The notes under the pieces were generated by a model that was not told the DNA's origin, made no database searches, and saw only the letters and a list, made by a program, of their open reading frames with translations. Positions 54,186 to 64,000 of a stretch of DNA of 64,000 bases are shown piece by piece. Position numbers and translations under genes: made by a program. This stretch comes from Octopus vulgaris (taxonomy: Eukaryota). The stretch lies in NCBI GenBank assembly GCA_951406725.2, contig OX597817.1, positions 103,788,001 to 103,852,000 of the forward strand, written 5' to 3'. Position 1 is the first letter of the stretch. Each line of letters opens with the position of its first letter.

Positions 54186-54650
54186 AGGCAGTGAGCTGAT
54201 AGAAATGTTAACGCGCCAGACAAAACGCCTAGCAGTAAATTCTTCCGGTTTTATGTTCTAAGTTCAAATTCTTATTTCTTTATTACCCACAAGGAGCTAA
54301 ACAGAGAGGGGACAAACAAGGACAAACAAAGGGATTAAGTCGATTACATCGACCCCAGTGCGTAACTGGTACTTAATTTATCGACCCCGAAAGGATGAAA
54401 GGTAAAATCGACCTCGGCAGAATTTGAACTCAGAACGTAAAGACAGACCGCTAAGCATTTCGCCCGGCGTGCTTACGATTCTGCCAGCTCGTCGCCTTTT
54501 CAAATTCTAAGTTCAAATTCTGCCGAGGTCTACTTCGCCCTTTCATTCTTTCGGGATCGATAAAACAAGTACTAGTCGAGTACTGAGGTCGATGCAATCA
54601 ACTAGATCCCCTCCATCCAAATTTCAGTCGTGCTTATAGTAGAAAGAAAA
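54186..54650 (+). mobile_element. SINE family B carrying a nested antisense SINE B (54273-54497)
   Basis: 17-bp TSD TTCTAAGTTCAAATTCT at 54256-54272 and 54505-54521. Confidence 0.88.
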
Positions 54651-54832
54651 AAATAGAGTAGGAAATTGGGAGAAATAAGTAGCGAATAACAAAGTTATTG
54701 TATAATACACTCTCTAGCAATAGAGAATGAATTATGCAATTATGTGGGTTAAAGTTCATGTCACTTGTACCCACAAATTTTTTTCATCTTACCAAATCAC
54801 TCAATGGATGAACGTACGTTTACTTAAAGGTG

Positions 54833-55045
54833 AGGCGAGCTGGCAGAGTTGTTAGCACTCCGGACAAATACCTAGCGGCATTTCGTCCGTACTGACGTTC
54901 TGAATTCAAATTCTGGGGAGGTCAACTTTGCGTTTCATCCTTTTATGGTTGATAAAATAAGCATCAGTTAAACACTAGCGTCGATGTAATCGACTAACTC
55001 CCAACTTCAAAATTGCTGACCTTGTGTCAAAATTTGAAACCAATA
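54833..55045 (+). mobile_element. SINE family B
   Basis: Family similarity. Confidence 0.85.
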
Positions 55046-55132
55046 TTAGAACGCCGAGAATATACGGATAAATAATAATAGAAATATAAGCGTTGATCAG
55101 GAATAGTAATTTTAATTATCAAATGTAATCAT

Positions 55133-55535
55133 AGGCGCAGGCATGGCTGAGCGCTAAGAAACTTGCTTCCCAACCACATGATTCCGGGTTCAATCCAACT
55201 GCATAGCACCTTGAGAAAATGAGTGGATTTGGTAAACGGAAACTGTGAGTAGATTCGGTAGACAGAAACTGAAAGAAGCCCGTTGTGTGTCTGTATGAAA
55301 GAAGCCCGTTGTGTGTATGTGTGTGTCTGTGTTTTCCCCTGCCATCACCACCACTTGACAACCGGTGCTGGTGTGTTTACGTCCCCGTTATCTAGCGGTT
55401 CGACAAAAGTGACCGACAGAATATGTACCAGCCTGTAAAAGAAATAAGTACTGAGGTCGATACATTCGACTAAAACTTCTTCAAGGCGGTGCCCCTGTAT
55501 GGCAGCAGTCTAATGACTGAGACAGTTAAAGCATA
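55133..55535 (+). mobile_element. SINE family A
   Basis: Family similarity with small internal duplications. Confidence 0.85.
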
Positions 55536-55689
55536 AACAATAGTACAATCGTTCTCATCGTGACAACTATCGGAAATTTTTTATGAATTGTTCTAACAAT
55601 ACCTTTACCCTTTCAAATTATTTTCGAGTCTAATAAACAACAATCTCAATTCATAAACACCCACATGATAGGACGACTTGAGAAATAAC

Positions 55690-56310
55690 ACTTTCTAATT
55701 AAAGCACCTTACCAGAAATTTGGCAGGAATAAACAGGTTATCTTGTCGAACGCAAAAGTTGACTGGTATTTTATTTTATCGAACCCCGAAAGATGAAAAA
55801 GTAAAATTGACTTTGGTGACATTGCTTCACGGGCTGCAAAAGAGCTGGAACAAATGTCACAAAACATTTTGCATGACCCTCCAATGATTCGACCAATCTA
55901 TCGCCCTGATCAGTTGAGAAATGAGTGTTTCTAATTTAAGCAGAAGACCGGCAATTTTGAGTGGGCGGAGTTAGTCAAATACACCACTCCCAGTGCTTAA
56001 CTGGTATTTTTGCTTTTATTGAACCCAAGGGAATAAAAACCAAAATTGACCTCATGGGTTTCGAACCTAGAATATAAAGAGCCGGAACAAACATTGGTTT
56101 CAAATTTTGGCACAAAGCCAGCAGTTTCGGGTGAGTGGGTAAGTCAATAACATTGACTTCAGTGTTCAACTGGTATTTTTTTATTGACCTCGAAAGGATG
56201 TAAGGCAAAGTCGACCGAGGTGGCATTTGAACTCAGTGGCATTTCTTCCGACTTCACTTTCTAATTATTTTTTTCCCTGCGAAGAAACGATTCTGTCAGC
56301 TCACCACCTT
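55690..56310 (-). mobile_element. Cluster of three decayed SINE B copies
   Basis: Repeated ACTGGTATTTT...AAAATTGAC / AAAGTCGACC motifs. Confidence 0.7.
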
Positions 56311-57254
56311 GGAGTCGGAGAAAATATCTCAAAAAGCATTTTGTGCTGAACTAATGCCCTGATAATTTGAGAAATAAATTATATAATATAGACACGAAAA
56401 TTAATTATGAGGAAAACTTCAGATGTATTTTACTTTATTAAAGTTTATCAACAGAAGTGCAACCTCGCAACAACTTGAGTAGTAGTGTTGCATAAACACT
56501 GTAGTTTGTATATTTATTGCTGTAGAGTAGGAGAGATTTTGAAAACTTAATTTTGTGAACGACACTATCCACATTATAATTAAACATTCATGGCAAGGGA
56601 AGTATATTTAATTAAAACATAAGACAAACAATATTCAGATAAGTGATAGAAGCAATATAATATTGGATCAATGCCAATTTTATTGATTTTTTTAAAGCCT
56701 TTTAATCATTAAATATACTTTCATCTATTTAATTGCTTAACTATCTTGGCGATACATCAAATAAATTTAATTTGTCATTATGCATGCATATATTATCATG
56801 GAATGGATATAAATAGATAACTTGCGCATATGAAAAATACAGATTGGGAGTTGATTAGTATATATGTTACTTAGTCAGAAGAGGAAGGGAAGCGCCCTTG
56901 ACCCATTTTTATACTTTCTGAGACTCATAGAAAGAAGAGAAAACGTTATCCCCGGGCGGAAGACTTAGCCTTGATGCTTGCAATAGAAATGACACCACTG
57001 AAGCCATCCAAGGACTACGTTATGTTGTAAAACTGAGCGACAGATGAAGTGTACCACCAAAGAACCAGAAGGGTCCCTCTGACAAGTTTCCACAGAGGTT
57101 CTACTTACTAAATTCAGCTGACATTATTGCGGTAGACACGAGAGTTCAGCTGAAAACATTTGCTCAAAATTCAGCCCATTAGAATAAATTTCAAATCAGC
57201 GTTGTTGCAAAGAGAACTCTTAAACACACGGCCTTGCCTATCTAAATGTTAATA

Positions 57255-57945
57255 TTGGTTTCAAATTTTGGCACAAGGCTAGCAGATTCGGAGGAGGAGT
57301 AAGTCGGTTACATCGACTGCAGTGATCAACTTCTACTTATTTTATCGACCCCGAAAGGATGACAGGCAAAGTCGACTCAATCTGCATTTGAATGAGAACG
57401 TTAAGTCGGAAGAATTTCCGCTAAGCATTTCTTTGCATCGCACTAAGGAATCTACCAGTTTGCTGTCCTGCCCTAAATATTATATTAACGTTAATATTAA
57501 ATTTTAGGCGGCGAGCGGGCAAAGCCGTTAGCACGCCGGGCAATATACTTAGCGACATTTCGTCCGACTTAACGTTCTGAGTTCAAATTCTATCGAGGTC
57601 GACGTTGTCGTTAATCCTTTCGGGGCCGATAAAATAAGTACCAGTTGAGTAATGGAGTCGATGTAATCGACTTACACCTCCCGTGAAATTGCTAGCCTTG
57701 TGTCAAAAATTGAAATCAATATTAAGGTGGAATATAAAGGTGACATGCTGGCAAAATCGTTACCGTACCGAACAAAATGCTTACCGGTATTTTCAGCTTG
57801 TTTGCGTTGAGTTCAAAACCTGTCGTAGTCGACTTTGCTTTTCATCCCTTTGGGCACTGTTAAAATAAGTATCAGTCGAGCACTGGGTGGTTGTAATCGA
57901 TTTCCCCCTCCCCTCGAAGTTGCTCGCCTTGTACCAAAATTAGAA
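57255..57945. mobile_element. SINE B cluster (57255-57473 minus; 57506-57720 plus; 57728-57945 plus)
   Basis: Family similarity. Confidence 0.8.
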
Positions 57946-58090
57946 AGCATACAAAGTCGAAATTTTAAAGAAATCTTCAAAAGTATTGAACGATGCATTT
58001 TATTATAGTTTGCTTTGTCAGTGACAGGATTTCGATCATCGGTTGAAACCGTTACAGTTCTTCATAAAACTCGCAAAACCTTCTTCTTCC

Positions 58091-58497
<407 letters not shown>

Positions 58498-58499
58498 GA

Positions 58500-60007
58500 A
58501 TGAAGATAAGGAACAATTCTTTACAAAAATGAAGATATTAGGATGGGCAATAATGTACAAGGGAAAGTGTCTTGTGAAGGAGCTCGATGAAACAGATATG
58601 CATACAATTTCTTTCACATTGTGAGGTCATTATTATACAGACTAAGCTAATAGTTCTGGATAGGTTTATAGGAAAGTTGCTGTGCTTTTCATATTTTCAG
58701 CCATTCAGTTTGGGGGAGAACTTTGTTATGAGGTATTTTTCTGAAGGTGTCATTTCTTGAGCATTTATAGAAGGGAAAGATCTTAAATTTTCCTTCACAT
58801 GTTTCTAAGTGTTTACTCAGTAGAATCTTTCGCAGTTCCTCCTGTCGGACATGTTGTCGGTGAATTCTGGCTCGTTGGCATAAAGAATTTCCAGTTTCGC
58901 CTATATAATTCTCCTTGCATGTGGGACAGGTTATGCAGTATATTACGTTCTGCGTCTTGCAATTCATGTCTGCATTTACTTTGAATGTGTGACCACTCTT
59001 ATTTGTTTGTTTTCCTCAATATATTTGTAGATGGGGTTACTGCAGATCCCACATCTACCATCTCCACACACTTTTACAAAGAATTCGGTTTTATTCTCTG
59101 ATGAGAATTTTGCCCTTGTTAGTCGTTTCTTCAGGTGTTTCTCTTGGCGTTTACTGTTTTTTATGCAATATTTGTTTAATAGGTTTCCCATTTTGGGGCC
59201 TTGTAAGACTATTGGTAAGTTTGAATGTTGAAACATGTTGGTAACTCCAGGGTTGTGTGTGTTTATGAAAAGAATGATGTTTTCTTTGTTTTTCTTTTTT
59301 TGGGAGTTCTGAGTTGTGTGATATCCGGTTTCATTGCTCTTGAGATCCCGTTTTTTATTAATTTGAGTGGTAATTTCTGTTCTAGTAGGAAGTTTTAAAG
59401 TTCATTTAGTCTTATTTGGCGTGTTTGTGAGTCGGTCACTATGCTGCATATGCGTCTTGCCATACTATATGGAATGTTTCTTTTTATGTGGGATGGGTGG
59501 CAGGAGTAGAAATTTAAGTATTGGTGTGTGTTGGTTATTTGTAGTAGATGTCTGTTGTGGAAATGGAGTTGTGTATCTTGATGTTGATGTCTAGGAAGGG
59601 AAGTTCGTTGTAGCTGGTATCTATCGTGAAGTTGATAGATGGGTTCAGTGTGTTGAGGATGTTGTGGAATGTTCGTAGATCTACTGATCTGTTCCAAAAG
59701 ATGAAACAGTCATCGAGGTAGCGTTTCCACTTTTTCTTGATGTCTTCTCTGAAGTCGTGTTCGAAGACTTTCCCTATTTCATCGTATAGTTTGTTCTCAA
59801 GGAAACCGATCACCAGGTTGACATATGAAGGTGCGAATTTCGTACCCATAGCCGTGCCTTTTATCTGTCGATATGTCTTGTTAAATGAGAATGAGTTTTC
59901 TTCGAGTATTAATTGGATGGCTTTGGTGATAAAGTCTTTTTTGAAACGTTTATATATGAGTTCCCTGTATTTTTCTACCCGTTGTTTTATTTCCTTGCAT
60001 TGGATCT
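58500..60007 (-). mobile_element. Penelope-like element (RT plus GIY-YIG), frameshifted, 5'-truncated
   Basis: YRQIKGTAMGTKFAPSY, RYLDDCF, LPFLDI, YLNFYSCHP...RRI, NVIYCITC...YIGETG...R..H. Confidence 0.93.
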
Positions 60008-60008
60008 C

Positions 60009-60068
<60 letters not shown>

Positions 60069-60477
60069 ATAAATACAAGGTTCTGGTGGGACATAAAGAT
60101 AGGGTATTTCCAATGAAGCACTCAACCCGAGTTCTAGGCTATCAACACTCTCGTATTCCAGACTAATACCGAATTTCTTCAGCTGTAGAAAATCCTGGCT
60201 GCACGACGGTGAAACCGTTATGTGGATTTAGCAAAGAGTAAGATATAATTCAAATGATAAGGCAAAGAAAATACTTTAACATAACTTTAATGATCAGTTA
60301 CAATTTTTTCCTACCATCTCTGCTTGCAATACCAATTTACGCAAAAGTTCGAAGTGAATATTTACGTAATATTTGCGGTTTTAAACATTAGAGTGGCACT
60401 TTATCAGACTTGCATCAAAAGTGCGCTCTTACACACACACACATACACACACACAAACACTCACACAAACATGTGTG

Positions 60478-60887
60478 TGTGTAGCTGTGTGGTAAGAAGC
60501 TTGCTTCCCAGTCACATGGTTCCAAATTCACTTCCACTTGCGTGGAGCCTAGGGTGTCTTCTATTATAGCTTCGGGCACACCAAAGCCTAGTGAATGGAT
60601 ATTATAGACAGAAACTGAAAGAAGCCCGACGTATGTATGTGTGTGTGTGTGTGTGTGTGTATGTCAGTGTGTGTGTGCGTGTATGTGTCTTTGTGTCTGT
60701 GTTTGGCCCCCACCATCACCGCTTAGCAACCGGTGTTGGTAACTTAGCGGTTCTACAAAATAGACCGATAGAATAAGTACTGGACTTAAGAAACAAGTCC
60801 TGGAATCGATTTGCTGGACTAAAACCATTCAAGGCGGAGCTCCAACATGACCGCAGTCAAATGACTAAAACAAGTAAAAGAATAAAA

Positions 60888-60890
<3 letters not shown>
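60478..60890 (+). mobile_element. SINE family A
   Basis: Family similarity. Confidence 0.85.
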
Positions 60891-60952
<62 letters not shown>

Positions 60953-61649
60953 TATTATCATATATTATATATACATATATTTTAATGATGGCTTTTCATC
61001 AACAAGTGCTATAACTTTTCCTATTCCAAAATCAAATAAAGAAAAATTATAAAGAATATTCAACATGTGTATGTACTCTATTATTATGAAGCTATCTCTT
61101 GCTAATATAGCAAGTGTCACGTTTGCTTAATGACATCAGTACTAAACACCAAATATGCTGGCTACTACAAAGTCCCTTATCGTATCGGTTGACTGTTTCA
61201 TTATTTGCAGTATGCATTTATTTTTATCCCTTTTTGCATATATTAGCGAGCTTTGAAATGCTATAGAAAATGCCACAACTTATAAATCAAGAACATGCTT
61301 AAAGGTCATCCAAATTATTATAGGCTAATCACCTCCTGACATTTTTGAGTGTGACTAGAAAACTAGTTATTGTTGGGGAATGAAAATTGATTTGGATTTA
61401 TAGGTCAGTCATCATTAGATGAGGACTTGGTCTGCCATTGTGAAATAACATAATACAGGGATTATATCTCCTTAATAGTTAATGTAGATCATATTTCAGG
61501 CATGGAAAAAAAAACAGAAAGATAAAAACAATATAAGGGCAAAAACGGGATTCGCTCTTTGCACGAGGAAATCTAAATGAAATCCTCCAAGGATTTAAAA
61601 TTGATTTTTTTTATTATTGTTTTGAATAGGAATATGGCGGTTGCGCTAG

Positions 61650-62145
61650 AGATGATGCTGATGGTGATGATGAGGAGGAGGAGGGTGAAGGGGTGGAGGA
61701 GGAGGGGGACGTAGTGGAGGTGAGGAGGTGGAGGGGAGTGGCGGGGAGGAGGGGTGGAAGAAGAGGCAGAAGAGCAAGATAGGGAGGAAGAGGAGGAGGA
61801 GATGGAGGGGAGGACGGAAAGGAGGGAGGAAGAAGGGAAGGACAGAGAAAAGGAAGAGGATATGAATGGTTGTAGAAGAGGAGCAAGAGAATGACGAAGA
61901 GAAAACGAAGAGCAAGAGAGGGACAAAGAGAAAGAGGAGGAGGAGGCAGAAGGAGGGAGAGGGAGAAGGAGGAAGGAAGGAAATGGGGAGGAGGATGGAG
62001 AGGAAGGAGGAAGAAATGGGACATAGTCGACAGCAGTAGTAGTGTTACGGTGGTGATGATGAGGATACGGTGGTGCTGATACTGAGGCTGCTGTTGTTAA
62101 TGATGATGATGGTGACAACGACGACGACGATGATGATGATGAAAT
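61650..62145. repeat. Purine-rich low-complexity tract (GGA/GAA/GAT/GAC)
   Basis: Direct read; explains the spurious S/P-rich ORFs. Confidence 0.85.
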
Positions 62146-62455
62146 ATAGTGAAGAACAAATACTGCTAAGTTGATTAAAAGCATTCTAAAAGTTAACACA
62201 TAAATAAATAAAACATATGCATACATACATATATGTACATACCTACAGCTATATGTATATATACATGCATATATAGGTACAGGACACAAAAAAAACGTAG
62301 AACACAACGAGAAACGAAAACATGAAAACAAAAACATGCAAACGGACTTTTCCAAACAACGAAAAAACAGAGTACAAGACCGATGCCCAAGACATTGTTC
62401 TGCGACATATCAAAGGTGGGTGGTTGTGGTTACCAAGAAACCATTCCAAATATGC

Positions 62456-62670
62456 TCTTTTACTCTTTTACTTGTTTCAGTCATTTGACTGTGGTCATGC
62501 TGGAGCACCGCCTTTAGTCGAGCAAATCGATCCCAGGACTTATTCTTTGTAAGCCTAGTACTTATTCTATCGGTCTCTTTTGCCGAACTGCTAAGTTACG
62601 TGGACGTAAACACACCAGCATCAGTTGTCAAGCGATGTTGGGGGGACACACACAGACACACAAAACATAT

Positions 62671-62713
<43 letters not shown>

Positions 62714-62919
62714 TACGACGGGCCTCTTTCAGTTTCCGCCTATCAAATCCACTCACAAGGCTTTGGTCGGCCTGAGACTATAGTAGAAGACACTTGCCCA
62801 AGGTGCCACGCAGTGGGACTGAACCCGGAACCATGTGGTTGGTAAGCAAGCTACTTTATTTCATGAAAATTCGCCATTAAGGTAAGCAAGCTACTTACCC
62901 CACGGCCACTCCTACGCCT
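62456..62919 (-). mobile_element. SINE family A with a 24-bp Tx1-tail insertion in its head
   Basis: TSD GGTAAGCAAGCTACTT at 62841-62856 and 62881-62896. Confidence 0.93.
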
Positions 62920-63168
62920 AATATTTTTTTTAATTTACATCTGGCTTTTATTTTATAAATAAATTCACAATTATTCTGGTTTCAGTTACATGTGCATTGT
63001 TTTATATTTATAACACATAGTAAAAAGCATACGAAAGTATTTTTAATTTCAAAGACAATTGTATATTGTTAAATGTTTGTTACAAACTTATTTTCTTTTG
63101 CACTGAGTTCCAGCTGAACGTTTGTATTTCCTATGTTTAAAGAGGTACCAGATGTAATCATGTAAGCT

Positions 63169-63570
63169 CAGGCATAGTTGTGTAGTTAAGAAGCTGATCG
63201 CTTTGCAACCACGCGGTTTGGGGTTCAGTTTCCATTACCCAGCACTTTGAGTGTATCCTCAAATGTAGTCCTGGGCCAACTAGTAGTTTGTGAAGAAATT
63301 TGGTTGACGGAAACTGTGGAGGACGCTTTCGTTCATGTGTGTGTGCCTTTGTGTCTGTTTTTATCACACCCCAACCAATGCTTGACAGCCTGTGTTCGTT
63401 TGTTTCATCCCCGTAAATTAGCGGCTCGACAAAAAAGAGCGGCAGAATAAGTATCACTCTTAAAAATAAGTACTGTATCAATTTGTTCCGCTGAGACCCG
63501 TCAAGCCAATACTCCAGAGTGGCCGCGGTCCAATGACTGGAGCTAGTAAAATATAAAAGGTAAAATAAAT
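63169..63570 (+). mobile_element. SINE family A, older copy
   Basis: Family similarity. Confidence 0.8.
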
Positions 63571-63609
63571 GATGAAACTAAAAGGACGAATAATATTACA
63601 ATTCTTTTA

Positions 63610-63805
63610 AGGCGGCGAGCTTTTACAGAATCGTAAGCACGCTGGGCTAAAACGCTTAGCGGCATTTCGTCCGTCTTTACGTTCTGAGTTCAAATTCTGC
63701 TGGGCTCGACTTTACCTTTCATCCTTTCGGGATCGATAAAATAAGTACCAGGTGAATATTGAGGTTGATGTAATCAAGTTACCCCCTGCCAAAATTTGAA
63801 ACCAA
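63610..63805 (+). mobile_element. SINE family B
   Basis: AGGCGGCGAGCT head, central domain. Confidence 0.85.
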
Positions 63806-64000
63806 CATTACTATCCCTTGCTTAGACGAGTTCACATGACCATTGAACAAAAAAACCATACGTTGGTATCATGTATTGCAATGTAGAGTACCTTTGATTT
63901 TGATAACAAAGACTGTTGTTGTTGGTTATGTACAGTGTCTGTCGAAAATGCGTGGCCGGTGGAAAGATATTAGGTTGTTTCACATGAAATGTCGAATTTG

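Noticed and set aside
58015-58070. Minus-strand TGAAGA...hairpin...GAAA
   Set aside because: Core incomplete; stems I and III do not pair
61573-62355. 260-aa Ser/Pro-rich ORF and overlapping ORFs
   Set aside because: Translation of a purine-rich low-complexity tract

Overview
AT-rich, repeat-dense eukaryotic (animal) intergenic or intronic DNA. No confident host gene is visible. The SINE families and microsatellite density resemble an octopus/cephalopod genome (inference from memory, not a database search). Most ORFs in the supplied track are microsatellite or SINE artefacts. DNA transposons: a near-complete Tc1 (DD34E, IR/DR ends), decayed hAT/Buster and Tigger/pogo elements, and MITEs. Retroelements: decayed CR1-like, RTE-like, RLE-bearing (R4/Hero-like) and Tx1/L1-like LINEs, two Penelope-like elements (PLEs), and about 30 tRNA-derived SINE copies from several families. 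Two signals stand out. (1) Several sequence-distinct type I hammerhead ribozyme (HHR) motifs: one intact at 32-116 (-), two in ~350-bp retrozyme-like monomers (8981-9452; 50661-51051), a pair in the inverted pseudo-LTRs of a PLE, and decayed copies. (2) Three independent Tx1-like insertions at the same nucleotide of one SINE family's tRNA-like head (38745, 44365, 62856). One has a clean 16-bp TSD and one is an ORF1-only non-autonomous element; they share a 3' tail whose stem-loop shows a compensatory change. This suggests a SINE- or tRNA-targeting retrotransposon system. All coordinates and pairings were read by eye; boundaries of decayed elements are approximate.
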